Shown here in pieces: positions 19,603 to 29,653 of a stretch of 64,000 nucleotides of DNA. Made by a program: the position numbers and the translations under genes. Within the stretch, counting starts at the first letter, position 1; the number at the start of each line of letters is the position of its first letter. The notes below the pieces were generated by a model that was not told the origin of the DNA, did not search any database, and saw nothing but the letters and a program-made list of their open reading frames with translations. Source of the DNA: a virus; the IMG/VR virus record IMGVR_UViG_3300038393_003172, positions 9,209 to 73,208 of that record, one strand, 5' to 3'.

Positions 19603-20240
19603 GAAGGCTGGAGTGTTTGAATGAGGGGTGCTGACCCGGGAAAATCCCGAATTCTTTAGAAACTGAGGGTAACGGAAATGCTTCGTCCCACTATATGGGA
19701 CGTTAATTAATTGGCCATTTTGGGGATTAAACCCTTGCTGGCCGCCGCCGGGGCGCGGAAGGCGTCAGGTACGCCTGGAGATGCGTGAGAGCGTAGGCAC
19801 GGTGTCCAGCCCGCAGGGGCTGAGGTTGATGAAGTCGGGGGTCAGGTTGCGCGGCGCTGACAGACGTGCCTGGGCCGCAGTACGGCTCATGGCATCGGGA
19901 ATGCTTTCTTGCGGAGCCGCGCGCAGCCGCTTCCGCAGGTACTCATCGACCAGACCCTCGATGAATCCGCCGCTTTTTTGCGATCCGCTCTGGTCGATGA
20001 GCGGGTCCACGGTATTGCTCATGTGCATCTGCCCTACTGGTTAAATCACCATGAAGGGCAGTAGTTTGCCCCCATTGGCGAGGGCCGAAGGTTAGTGCTC
20101 AAGCCTACTTATAGCGTCCGGTTACAGCATGCACACAGACGCAAGTGCGAAATCCACCCAGCACACGGAATTTGTGCTTATGAAAGCTCGTTGCAAGCTT
20201 ATACAGAGCGCGACACTTGCTGCACGCGGTAAGACTAGGC

Positions 20241-20954
20241 TCAGTCCTTGCGACCAGCTGCTTCCCTGTGGCCAAAGCGCATTCGGCCGACCAGGTCGTC
20301 AACTATCGCCGCTGCTGCGCCAGCTCCTTCTTGCTCTATCTTCCTCTGTACGTGCTCCACTGCGCCAACGACCATGGAGAAGTACTCAGCGAACGTTGGT
20401 CGTATAGGAGCCTGGTCGCAGTACGCTGCGATGATGCTCGCTATCTCCAGCACCATGGTTGGTGAAAGTTGCTCGTCAGATACACCATTCGAGTCAATTG
20501 GGGAACTTTCCCTCCCCCTGGCTGGGTGCATGTAAGCCGTCAGTTGCTTGCCTGATGCGCTTACTTTGTCGCCTGGTAGGTCGTTGTCGAACCATGCGTA
20601 GCAAAGACCTGGAACCTTGCTCTCCAGTCGGCGAGCTAAGTCGTCACCGACCTGGGGTATGCGTTTGCCGCCCTCCTTGCGTTTGGATGGCAATGGGTTC
20701 TCGTTGATGATCTGTCGCAGGTAGGCCTCCGACACTTCGCCCCACTCGGCAACCTTCGGCCGGCTGTGTCGCTCGCATAGCCACACGAGCTTTCGCTTGC
20801 GTCGATCTGCGCTCGTTTCCCAATGAGCCCGTGCCTCCCAATCGGGAGGTTCGCAATGTTCAGTGACGGCTTGGCCGGAGGCTCCGTCTTCCTCGTCGTC
20901 GGCGAGTCTGTGGATGCGACTGATGTAGCCGTGGGCATTGCGGGCACGTTCCAT
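20241..20954 (-). CDS. CI-like HTH repressor without a recognisable S24 peptidase domain
   Basis: RRKRKLVWL...VAEWGEVSEAYLRQII...VGDDLARRLE...WFD; lies between the divergent operator clusters; start uncertain. Confidence 0.75.
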   Translation of the reverse strand: MERARNAHGYISRIHRLADDEEDGASGQAVTEHCEPPDWEARAHWETSADRRKRKLVWLCERHSRPKVAEWGEVSEAYLRQIINENPLPSKRKEGGKRIPQVGDDLARRLESKVPGLCYAWFDNDLPGDKVSASGKQLTAYMHPARGRESSPIDSNGVSDEQLSPTMVLEIASIIAAYCDQAPIRPTFAEYFSMVVGAVEHVQRKIEQEGAGAAAAIVDDLVGRMRFGHREAAGRKD

Positions 20955-20974
20955 GCCGGCATTGTCCCCTTTCC

Positions 20975-21061
20975 GTAGCGCGGCGCACCCTGGGAGAAGC
21001 GCGGCGCTACGGTCGCTTTTCTGCGGATCGCCTTGCTGCCCTCGTAGCCCGGCGCTACAGT
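20975..21061 (+). promoter_or_regulatory. OR/PR-like region: three operator A sites and a rightward promoter
   Basis: Sites at 20975-20989, 20996-21010 and 21044-21058; TTGCTG(21033)-17bp-TACAGT(21056). Confidence 0.85.
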
Positions 21062-21582
21062 GCGCGCCATGCAGTATGTCGCCACCAGCCTCCATGGCAC
21101 CATTAAGAACCCAGGGTGTACTACCCTGCAGGTTTTGAATGGTGGCGAGTGCCAGCTGTTTCAGAAATATCGCTTCAGCAGATGTTTCGTCGAAGCTAGA
21201 TTTCCCGGGGCTCTTTTTGAATTTCATCGGAGTGAACTGCTTAATTTTTCGGCCGCAAAGGCGGGCTTTGTAAGGCCGGATTGGCAAAGAGCAGTTGGCA
21301 TGCCTGCCTACCCGTGGGGACATTGGCCGAGCACATCGTCCCCGCAGTCCCAAGCGGAGGCCATTTCTTATTGGCCTGAAGCGCACGGTACACCGGGCGT
21401 AATACCCAAAGCAAAGCCAAGCCTTCCCCGGATGTTGGCATTTGCAACCTCATGGCACCGCAGCCGCCCTCACGCCACACGCTGGTGTGGAAAACATTTT
21501 GTTGGGAATACGCCCCCGATGGGGGAGGTAGTTACCACTCGTCTGCACCGGGCCACTACCCGAAAGCAGGCATCCATTGGTT

Positions 21583-21609
21583 GCGCCCCGCAACGGAGGC
21601 GCGTTTTTT
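21583..21609 (+). terminator. tR1-like intrinsic terminator
   Basis: GCGCCCCG-CAA-CGGAGGCGC followed by GTTTTTT. Confidence 0.55.
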
Positions 21610-21740
21610 ATGCAGCGGCTAGGCCGCAACCGAAAAGACAGCGTTCCGGGCTGTCCTGCCGCTGCACCCCTTCTGTCCGGAGTCTGTGCGGAGCAGACAT
21701 AGATGAAACAGCAGTCAAACACTGCGGATAGGGGGCTCGC

Positions 21741-22868
21741 ATGAGCCGCTTCCGCAAGATCGAGTCCCGCATGTGGTCCGACGACAGGTTTCGAGCTCTA
21801 TCCCCCATGCTCCCCAGCGGGCAAGGCTTGTGGGTTTTCCTACTCACCGGCCCCCATACCGGTCCGGTGCCTGGCCTTTTCCGCGCTGGCCGCGCTGGCA
21901 TGGCAGAGGAATTGGGCTGGGAGATCGATGACCTCGACAGTGCATTCGCTGAAGTCGCCGCGCAGGGTATGGCGAAGGCCGACTTCAAGGCCAGGCTCGT
22001 ATGGCTCCCCAACGGCCTCAAGCACAACAAGCCCGAGAGTCCCAACGTGGTCAGGTCATGGCGCGCGGAGCTTGACTTGCTGCCTGAGTGCGACCTGAAG
22101 CGGGAGGCGCTGAAGGGGCTGCGTGCGAAGCTGGCCGACTACGGCGTTCCCTATGTCGAAGCGTTCGATGAAGTTGTGCCCAGCCGGTACGCGGACATAT
22201 GCGAAACACCTTTGCCAAACACTCACGGTAAACCTTCCGGTAAGGCTTCTGGCAATGCTGGCGAAGCCATCCCGGAAGGCATCCCAGAAGGCATGCCCGA
22301 ATCAGGAGCAGGAGCAGGAACAGGAATTGACGACGACGACCCGGGCGCAGGCGCGCGCACGGGCACGCACGCGAGCGCGCCTGCGTGCGAGGGCGATCCG
22401 CTCGATGACCCGGCCGTGCCGCAGAAGCGCAGCGAGTGGAAAGCGCTGTTCGCCGAGCGCTACCATGAACTGGACATCTCCAGCGAACGTGCGCTCGACT
22501 GCATGAAGGGCTGGAAGAAGGCCGGCGTGACGGCCGGGCAGATGCGCCAGGCGATCCTGCGCGCCGAGGAACGATCCGCTGGCCCGGTGGGCTGCTGGTC
22601 GGCCTACGTCGATACGGTGCTGAACGACCAGCGCGAAGCTGCGGCCCAGGCTGCTGCGAAGGCCAGCGTGCCGCGGGCCGAGCACGGCCCGCCACGCAGC
22701 GCGGCGCCGCCTATGTGCCCTTCGCCGGATGACCGGCAGACGCAGGAGTACCTGCGCCAGCAGGCGCTTGCGCCCGATGAGAAGGAGCGTGGTCAGGCCA
22801 AGGCCAAGGCAATCCGTCAGCAGCGCGGGCTGGGGAAACCATCCCAGCCCGGAGGAGCACAGGCATGA
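21741..22868 (+). CDS. Phage replication initiator protein
   Basis: FRKI...MW.D.RFR.LS, LLTGPHT..PGLFR, K.N.PESPNVV.SW N-terminal domain; O-gene position; internal repeats. Confidence 0.8.
   Translation: MSRFRKIESRMWSDDRFRALSPMLPSGQGLWVFLLTGPHTGPVPGLFRAGRAGMAEELGWEIDDLDSAFAEVAAQGMAKADFKARLVWLPNGLKHNKPESPNVVRSWRAELDLLPECDLKREALKGLRAKLADYGVPYVEAFDEVVPSRYADICETPLPNTHGKPSGKASGNAGEAIPEGIPEGMPESGAGAGTGIDDDDPGAGARTGTHASAPACEGDPLDDPAVPQKRSEWKALFAERYHELDISSERALDCMKGWKKAGVTAGQMRQAILRAEERSAGPVGCWSAYVDTVLNDQREAAAQAAAKASVPRAEHGPPRSAAPPMCPSPDDRQTQEYLRQQALAPDEKERGQAKAKAIRQQRGLGKPSQPGGAQA
22209..22326 (+). repeat. 12-bp imperfect repeats plus (CAGGAR)x4 inside the initiator, candidate origin
   Basis: ccttccggtaag, gcttctggcaat, ccatcccggaag, gcatcccagaag, gcatgcccgaat, then caggag caggag caggaa caggaa. 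Confidence 0.55.
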
Positions 22869-23725
22869 GCCGCTACGAATCCGTGCGGGGGGCCTGCGAT
22901 GCGGTTGCGCGCCCCATGAGTGGATCCGGCCACCTGATGACACGCCAGTGCCGCACCTGCAAGCTGCTCAAGGCCAGCGGGAAGGACGTGCAGGGGCGCT
23001 CGTGGAGCTTCGACGGGCTGTTTTGGGACTGCCCGGCCTGCACGGCAGCAAAAGCGCCAGCCGCGGCGCCCGCGACCAACCTAAAGCCGGTGGCGCAGGC
23101 CGTTGCGCAGGCGCAGCCCGCCCAGCAGCTCGCCGAGCGCCCGCGCCACATTCACACCCCGGACGACCTGAAGGCCTGGTGCAACGTGGACGCGCAGTCC
23201 GGGTGCTGGCACTGGACGGGCTGCTTCCGCAGTGACGACGGCGTGCCGCTGGTCAGCTACATCGCCGGCGATGGGCGGCACAGGCGCGAGCGAGGGCGCC
23301 GCGCCGCGCTGAACATCGCGCGAAAGCAGCGGGTGCCTGATGGTCACCTGGCCTGGGCCAAGGTCAGGTGCCCGAGCGAGGACTGCGTAAACCCAGCGCA
23401 CGCTATGAGCGGGTCCCGTACCCAGAAGATGAATTTCATGCGCGGGCACGGCATGCTCGATGAGCAGGCGAAAAGGCTGCGCGGGTTCAACAGCCAGCGC
23501 CAACGAATATCCGCTGAGCAGGCTGTCGAACTCAGGCGCGTCATAGAAGCTGGCCACGCCACAGCGGACGAGCTGGCGGCCAAGCTCAACGTGAGCCCTA
23601 CGACCGTGGGTGCCGCCAAGCGCGGGGAGCGCAAGTGCGACGTGTCCGCGACCGTCGATGCGCAGCGGCTGGCCAACGTCGCCAGCATCTTTCGCCTGGG
23701 CAAGGTGATCGGTGGTGCTGCATGA
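22865..23725 (+). CDS. Zn-ribbon + HNH-like + HTH protein
   Basis: CRTC/CPAC, GCWHWTG, C....CVNPAH, C-terminal LAAKLNVS.TTV. Confidence 0.7.
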   Translation: MSRYESVRGACDAVARPMSGSGHLMTRQCRTCKLLKASGKDVQGRSWSFDGLFWDCPACTAAKAPAAAPATNLKPVAQAVAQAQPAQQLAERPRHIHTPDDLKAWCNVDAQSGCWHWTGCFRSDDGVPLVSYIAGDGRHRRERGRRAALNIARKQRVPDGHLAWAKVRCPSEDCVNPAHAMSGSRTQKMNFMRGHGMLDEQAKRLRGFNSQRQRISAEQAVELRRVIEAGHATADELAAKLNVSPTTVGAAKRGERKCDVSATVDAQRLANVASIFRLGKVIGGAA

Positions 23726-24615
23726 AGGCCGCCGCCCGCGCGATGAAGCGCCAGCAGGCGCAACGGCCGGTGCTGGCGCTGGTGCCCGCGCCGGCTCCGC
23801 ACGCACTGTTGGGGCGGGTGCCTTTTGCCGCCCGCGTTGTAGCGCTGCGCTATGCGCAGCCCCGCCGGTTGCTGCGCCTCCAGATGGCGAACTGGTCGCT
23901 GAATCGGCGCAAGCTGGTACAGGTGTCGCTGCGCCAGCACGAGGCGCTTGATGCCATCGCAACTGGTCACGGCACTGTGCGTCATGCGCAGGTGCTCGCG
24001 GGCGCCGCCAACATCGCCGTGGTGCTGTGCAATTGGGGCCTTGGCACCGAGCACGAGTTTGCGGTCGTCACCGCGCAGCGCGTGATTCAGGAACTGCAGC
24101 GTTTCGTGCCGCGCCCAAAGCCAGGGAAGCAGGTGGACCCGCTGGTGCCGCTGGGCAAGCCGGGGGTGTGCCCGCTGGACCGGCTAGGGCTAGAGGCCGT
24201 GGCTGGGCTGCTGCTGGTGCATGACGCGCAGCGCGAGCACGCCGACTGCACGAGAGGCTTGATGGTGCGCGCGGAGCAGGAGGTGCTGCGCCGCACCTAC
24301 GTGGACAAGAACATCGTCACGGCCAGCAGCCCGAAGCCTGCGGGCGTCAAGGATGCCAGCGGCAAGACGGTGCTGAAGGCACGCATGGACGGCGTGGGCC
24401 GCATGGTCACCGCCACGCTGCGCCGGCTGCGCACCCTGGTCCAGCCCGAGGACGGCAGCGAACTGGGCCTCGTGATCGCCACCCTGGAGACGTATTGCTC
24501 CGTGGCCGAGGCCGTCATGTCGCAGTGCCCGGCGCAGCTCGTGCGCCAGTGCGCAGAGATGGTTGCGGACGAAGCCGCGAAGGCCGCGGCGCAAGCAGAA
24601 GGAGTTCCTGTATGA
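23722..24615 (+). CDS. Hypothetical protein
   Basis: ATGA overlap with the upstream gene. Confidence 0.65.
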   Translation: MKAAARAMKRQQAQRPVLALVPAPAPHALLGRVPFAARVVALRYAQPRRLLRLQMANWSLNRRKLVQVSLRQHEALDAIATGHGTVRHAQVLAGAANIAVVLCNWGLGTEHEFAVVTAQRVIQELQRFVPRPKPGKQVDPLVPLGKPGVCPLDRLGLEAVAGLLLVHDAQREHADCTRGLMVRAEQEVLRRTYVDKNIVTASSPKPAGVKDASGKTVLKARMDGVGRMVTATLRRLRTLVQPEDGSELGLVIATLETYCSVAEAVMSQCPAQLVRQCAEMVADEAAKAAAQAEGVPV

Positions 24616-24896
24616 GCACAGCAGACCTCGTGGGCGCGATGGTCCACAGCAACGCACTTCAGACCAAGCTCGCGCGCATTGCTGCGGCGACCTGGCAGGA
24701 CTACGGATTCGGAGCGCATGCGCTGGTGGCCGCTGATGACCACGAGGTGCTGGTGCTGCTGACCGCGCGTTTTCACGCGCAGGAGCCCGGCAACGACCTC
24801 TACGTGGTCGACGCCACGGATCGCTGCTACCGGGGCCTGGACAACGCCAAGGCGGCCAGCGTGCGCGATCTGAAGGTGGAGATCGGTCTGCAATGA
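24612..24896 (+). CDS. Hypothetical protein
   Basis: ATGA overlap, GGAG RBS. Confidence 0.6.
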   Translation: MSTADLVGAMVHSNALQTKLARIAAATWQDYGFGAHALVAADDHEVLVLLTARFHAQEPGNDLYVVDATDRCYRGLDNAKAASVRDLKVEIGLQ

Positions 24897-25477
24897 GCTC
24901 GTCCTGTCGTGCTGTGGTTATGGTGGTCTCGGCCGCCTTGTTGTCCTACGCCACGCTGCTGGCGACGGACGCCCCCTTTTTACTGTCCGGAGGGTTGTGA
25001 TGTGGCTGCCGTGGGTCGATCTGTGCGCCGACTTGTTGGGGCGCTGCTGGTTGTCGTGGGTCTGCTGGGCGCTGCGAGAGCAAAGCAGCGCCGTGCAGCG
25101 CGCCGATGCGCGGTGGTGCGCCCTGATGTTGTCCCAGCAGGTGGTGGCGTGACGCAGGCGCCGCCGCCGCTGCGCGCGCGCTGCAGTGCCGGCGAGTGGG
25201 CCATCGTGACGCGCACGCCTTGGCAGCTTGCTGGCCTGCTGGGGCGTGTGGTGCGCTTGCTGTCTCCCTACGAATCGCAGGGCCGCTTGGCGTGGTGGTT
25301 GGAGAGCGATGTGGCGTTTGTGACCAGCGGCCCCTTCCGTGACAGCGGAGGGCCGGTGCGCGCTGGCGAGAGGATGCGCATCAATGCGATGTACGACCAA
25401 TGGCTGACGCCGCTGCGCGGTGCGCTGGACGTCACGGCCGAGATGCACGAGATGCACCAGATGCAAGGACGGCGCGC

Positions 25478-25996
25478 ATGAGCCAGCACGACCCGCTGCA
25501 GCCGCAGGTGCTGCGCTTCACGATCTTCGGTGAGGCTTGTTCCAAGGCAAATTCGCGCCAGCAGGTGGACATGCCCAGGAAGGGCGGCGGCACGCGCCGC
25601 ACCAGCATCAAGAGCGAAAAAGCGCTGGCCTTTGAGGCTGATGCGCTGCGCCAGATACCGACCACGGCGCGCAAGCGCCTGACCGGGCCGGTTCACATCG
25701 TCCTGCGCATCTTCTACGCCAGCGAGCGGCCCGACTTGGACGAAAGCCTTGTGCTCGACGTTCTTCAAGACCGCTACACGCTGGTGCCCGCCGCGGTGGC
25801 GCCTGGCGAGAAGCCCAAGAAGAAGCGGCTGCTGATCCAGAACGGCGTCTATTGCAACGACCGCCAGATCAAGCGTCGCGAGGTGCTGTGGGCACTGGAC
25901 AAGAAGAACCCGCGCGTGGAGGTCGCGCTGCGGGAAATGCACGACGCCGAGTTGCAGGTCCTGCAGCGCACCGACCTGATGGAGCTTTTCGCGTGA
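25478..25996 (+). CDS. rusA: RusA-like Holliday junction resolvase
   Basis: GE..SKANSR, RPDLD...LD.LQ, NDRQI, DKKNPRVEV. Confidence 0.85.
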   Translation: MSQHDPLQPQVLRFTIFGEACSKANSRQQVDMPRKGGGTRRTSIKSEKALAFEADALRQIPTTARKRLTGPVHIVLRIFYASERPDLDESLVLDVLQDRYTLVPAAVAPGEKPKKKRLLIQNGVYCNDRQIKRREVLWALDKKNPRVEVALREMHDAELQVLQRTDLMELFA

Positions 25997-26226
25997 CCAC
26001 GCTGCCCAGCACTGCCCACAAATTCGACGAGGACGCGGTGTGCATCCACTGCGGATTCGACGGCGCCGAGTGGTCCCACTGGAAGCGCCACACCTATGAG
26101 GGCCGCGCAAGCGAAGCCCGACAGCCGCTGTGCGAGCGGCGCCCAACCATGGCCGAGCGCTTGAGCAGGCCCGGTGCATCAGAAACGAATTAACTGCGTG
26201 CGATTCATTCCAACGAGGCCCCTTCG

Positions 26227-26823
26227 ATGACGAACCCGAACTCAAACCCTCTTGCTGCTCCCTCTGAAATCGGCGAGGTGAAGCAGATGCTCAAGGCCGT
26301 GCTTGAAATGCTGGTGAGGCCCAAGCAGTACCCGGAAATCCCCATCACTCCGCGCGAGTGGGACAAGACGCGTGGGGAGCAGTACCCCGAGACCAAGACG
26401 CGCCTGACCGCATGGATGGCTCAAAGCCAAAGCGCCGGCCCTGATGCCAAGGTGCCGTTTCCCCCAGACCTGGACCATGCGTACCGCCATGTCGGCGAGC
26501 TGCAGATGGCGCATAGCAACTTCAACGGCGTGTTTGCGCTGGACTTCAATGGCTGCGTGGAGCTGGCGCTGCACATGGTGACCTGGGTGCTGCAGACCCA
26601 GGTGCGCAACCAAGCCGCCGCTCAAGGCCGTCCCGTCGAGGAAGTGTGGGCCGACCTGATGGCGTCCTCCGGTGTTGTCCCGCCTCCGGTCCCTGTAAGG
26701 GGGAATCAGGAAGAACAAGGGCAGCAGGAAACAGCCGCTGGCCAGGACGAAGTGCAGGCCGTCGAAGGGACCGATCCGAACGAAGCGCAGCACGTTAATT
26801 CGGTTTCAGGGGAGGGCGCGTGA
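26227..26823 (+). CDS. Hypothetical protein
   Basis: 198-aa ORF with GAGG RBS. Confidence 0.7.
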   Translation: MTNPNSNPLAAPSEIGEVKQMLKAVLEMLVRPKQYPEIPITPREWDKTRGEQYPETKTRLTAWMAQSQSAGPDAKVPFPPDLDHAYRHVGELQMAHSNFNGVFALDFNGCVELALHMVTWVLQTQVRNQAAAQGRPVEEVWADLMASSGVVPPPVPVRGNQEEQGQQETAAGQDEVQAVEGTDPNEAQHVNSVSGEGA

Positions 26824-27034
26824 AGCGCATGTTCTGCTTCTCTGGCCGAGAGCTGGCGCTGTTCAGCGTCGCCATCGCACTGATCGCCTCCATCAGCGCC
26901 AGCCTGATCACATCCATTCGCATCCGCACGTCCGATGAGTGCGTGCCTTTCCCCGATGACAGCTTCGACTTCGAGCCCGTGCGCCGGGCTGGCTCGATGA
27001 CGGCATCCATCCACCCCGCGCCGGAGACACTGCA

Positions 27035-27556
27035 GTGAAGCTCAAGCACTGGATCAAGCACCAGCAGGATTGCCGAGGCAATCCAACACCGGAGCGCGAT
27101 AAACGCGCAAAAGAAGTCGCGGCAAGCGACAAGCCATTCGGTGTTCATCTCGACGAAGAAGAAGCCTCCCACTATGTGCAGAGCGTCAGTGACACCAGCG
27201 ACTACGAGGATGCGCTGGCCTGGCACGGCTGGGCGCTGCATGAGGCTTTCCTGGCGGGCATCACCGCCGAGCGTGATCGCGTGCGCATTCAGGGCGTTAT
27301 CGACGCCTACATCAACGCCAAGGATGAGCAGGCTTTGAACGATGCCCACGAGGGCATCACCGCATTGGTGAAGGAAAGGTCCGCGTGCATCCGCCGAACC
27401 TTCAACTACGACCGTTCTCGGCGTATCGAGCAATTGATGCGCGCGGCCGGCTTTTCTCTGGACGACACGGACTGGAAGTCGGGGACGTGCTGGTGGCACA
27501 AAAGCAGCGAGAAGCGCACGTTGGTGCTGGCTGACTGGTCAGGAGTTGCCCAATGA
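27035..27556 (+). CDS. Hypothetical protein
   Basis: GTGA overlap, in operon. Confidence 0.6.
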   Translation: MKLKHWIKHQQDCRGNPTPERDKRAKEVAASDKPFGVHLDEEEASHYVQSVSDTSDYEDALAWHGWALHEAFLAGITAERDRVRIQGVIDAYINAKDEQALNDAHEGITALVKERSACIRRTFNYDRSRRIEQLMRAAGFSLDDTDWKSGTCWWHKSSEKRTLVLADWSGVAQ

Positions 27557-28323
27557 ACTGGATCGACTCTGCCGCTGCATGGTTCATCGGCGTGGCGACG
27601 TCGCCAGCGGCGCCGTACCTGCTGGTCGCTGCGCTGGTCGTGGTGTTCTTCTCGCTGGTCGCCATCTTCCGTGCATGGCTGGACCTTCAGGATGCGAAGA
27701 ACGCCCTAAATCACAGTGGCCACGTGCCGCCGCGCGCATTGCCCGATCCCCCAGAACGGATCACGGAGCCCCCTTTCGCCGATGCCGTGCTGCGCACGCT
27801 CGGACCTGATGCTGGGCCGCACTTGGCGGGGCGACAGGTATGGGTACGCCGGGCGCCGCCACCACCGGCCAAGGACTGCTGCGGCGCCTGCGACGGCACC
27901 AAGTGCGGCGACAAGCCGCCGCCCAGCGCCAGCACCATGACGCCCAACGAGCTGCGCAATGCTGCGCTGCGTGCATCGCTGTCGGCCGCGCCCGGCCGCA
28001 ACCCTTCGCGCCCGGTGCCCACGCCCAGCCGGCCCGCTGCGCCCGCGCCGGCCGCGCGCCGCCGTGACGATGACGACGACCAGCCCTACCAGGGCAGCTA
28101 CTACGGCCAGGCCGCCAGCCGAGCCATCAACGACGATCCGCCGGCGCCAGCGCCGTCTTTCCGCAGCGGCCTGGGTGGCGACTTCGGCGGGGCCGGCGCG
28201 TCCAGCTCGTGGGACGTGCCCAGCAAGTCCTGCGGCTCGTCCACGTCCTCCTATGACAGCGGCTCCAGCAGCAGCGACAACTCCTGCAGCGACAGCGGTT
28301 CTTCCGGCGGCTCCAGCGACTGA
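27553..28323 (+). CDS. Membrane-anchored protein with Pro-rich linker and Gly/Ser-rich tail
   Basis: N-terminal hydrophobic helix; GGDFGGAGASSSW; poly-Ser end. Confidence 0.7.
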   Translation: MNWIDSAAAWFIGVATSPAAPYLLVAALVVVFFSLVAIFRAWLDLQDAKNALNHSGHVPPRALPDPPERITEPPFADAVLRTLGPDAGPHLAGRQVWVRRAPPPPAKDCCGACDGTKCGDKPPPSASTMTPNELRNAALRASLSAAPGRNPSRPVPTPSRPAAPAPAARRRDDDDDQPYQGSYYGQAASRAINDDPPAPAPSFRSGLGGDFGGAGASSSWDVPSKSCGSSTSSYDSGSSSSDNSCSDSGSSGGSSD

Positions 28324-28518
28324 CATGAGCGACATCACTCAATCCATGGCCACCGAGGTCTGCCGCTTCTGCGGTGGCGAAACCGAGCTTCGGCACGGCA
28401 GCTTCGGCGAACGCATCCACAAGCGCCAGCGCCCGCGCGTCGGCACCGCTTGTCCCCACATCCCTGAACTGATCCCGCGCGCGGAGTACGAGGCGCTGCA
28501 GGACGCCAAAGGAGCCGA

Positions 28519-28899
28519 GTGATGGCTGTTGCATCCACCGCTGCCGCAGTGGCAGCAACCGCCGCTATAGCCGCACGCCGCGCGGAATGTGCCGTGACGG
28601 TCAATGGCTACCAGCACGACAAGGCGACTACGGCAGAGATGCGCCAGTACGCCGACTGCATTGACACGCTGCACCCTGAACAGATTGAGCCCGGCATCGG
28701 CACGCTGGTCGTCTGCACTGTCCTGCTCGCCGGGATGGTGCTTGGAGCGCTTCACGAATGCCTGTGTGAGACGTTCGGTGGGATCTTCGGGCGCCTCGGC
28801 TTCGGAGCGTTCAAGGGGCTCCTTGGCGGCGTCGCGCTCCTGATCGTCGGTGGCCTTGCGCTGCTGGCATGGACTGCATACCTAGGAGTGACCGCTTGA
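28519..28899 (+). CDS. Membrane protein
   Basis: Two C-terminal hydrophobic helices; M.QYA.CI..L.P motif. Confidence 0.6.
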   Translation: MMAVASTAAAVAATAAIAARRAECAVTVNGYQHDKATTAEMRQYADCIDTLHPEQIEPGIGTLVVCTVLLAGMVLGALHECLCETFGGIFGRLGFGAFKGLLGGVALLIVGGLALLAWTAYLGVTA

Positions 28900-29141
28900 A
28901 CCCCACCCAGCACCGCACCAGCACGCGCGTGCTCGGCGCACCGGCCGGCTGGAACCAGGCCGAGCTGCCCTGCGGCGCCATCGCCATCGCTGACCGCGTG
29001 GAAGGAACGCTGCGCACTGTCACGACGCACTGGCGCCCCACGGCAGAGGAACTCGCGCTGCTCAATGCCGGCGGGCTTGTGGCTGTCACCATGCCTGGCA
29101 TCACGCTTCCTCCCATGAGGCTGGAGGTCGAATCGCAATGA
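28896..29141 (+). CDS. Small conserved phage protein
   Basis: LGAP.GW, W.PT.EELA.LNAGG, PPM motif. Confidence 0.7.
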   Translation: MNPTQHRTSTRVLGAPAGWNQAELPCGAIAIADRVEGTLRTVTTHWRPTAEELALLNAGGLVAVTMPGITLPPMRLEVESQ

Positions 29142-29653
29142 CACCAGCGCGATTGGAAGTGTTGCAAGGTCAACTCACACAGGCAGATCGAACGGTGCTC
29201 TCCGCAGTGCCTATCGGCGAGGCCTGGACCATGCAGCAGATCCAGCAGGAGCTGGCCCGCCTGGGCCAGGTCAAGGATGTGAGCACGGTCGCTGGCTGGC
29301 TGAACAAGTTGGTGAGCATGCGGCTGGTCAGAGAACCGGCCAGAGGGAAGTTCCAGCGCGCCAAGGTCCGCGAGAAAGAATCCCCCGAGCAGGCGCCGAC
29401 ACCTCCACAACCCAAGGAGCCCGTGCAAGTGAAAACCACCCCGGCGCCAGCCGCCGAACCAAAGAAGCCTGGACAGCTAGACCGGCTCGCTGCCATTTCG
29501 GCTGACATGCGCAAAGAGGCAGACAGGCTCGTGAAGCTGGCTGACGCCATCGACGCCGCGGCGCTGCTCACCGAAGAAGAAATGGCTGCCGCTGCCGAGG
29601 AAACGAAGAAGCTCAAGAAGCTTGGGGAAATTCTCAAGGAACTAGGCCAATGA
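29138..29653 (+). CDS. Winged-HTH plus coiled-coil protein
   Basis: VL.AVPI.E.WT, LVREP..G.FQR. Confidence 0.7.
   Translation: MTPARLEVLQGQLTQADRTVLSAVPIGEAWTMQQIQQELARLGQVKDVSTVAGWLNKLVSMRLVREPARGKFQRAKVREKESPEQAPTPPQPKEPVQVKTTPAPAAEPKKPGQLDRLAAISADMRKEADRLVKLADAIDAAALLTEEEMAAAAEETKKLKKLGEILKELGQ

Noticed and set aside
20955-21386. N-terminal extension of the repressor ORF to 21386
   Set aside because: It would run through the three operators and the PR-like promoter; ATG 20954 is more plausible
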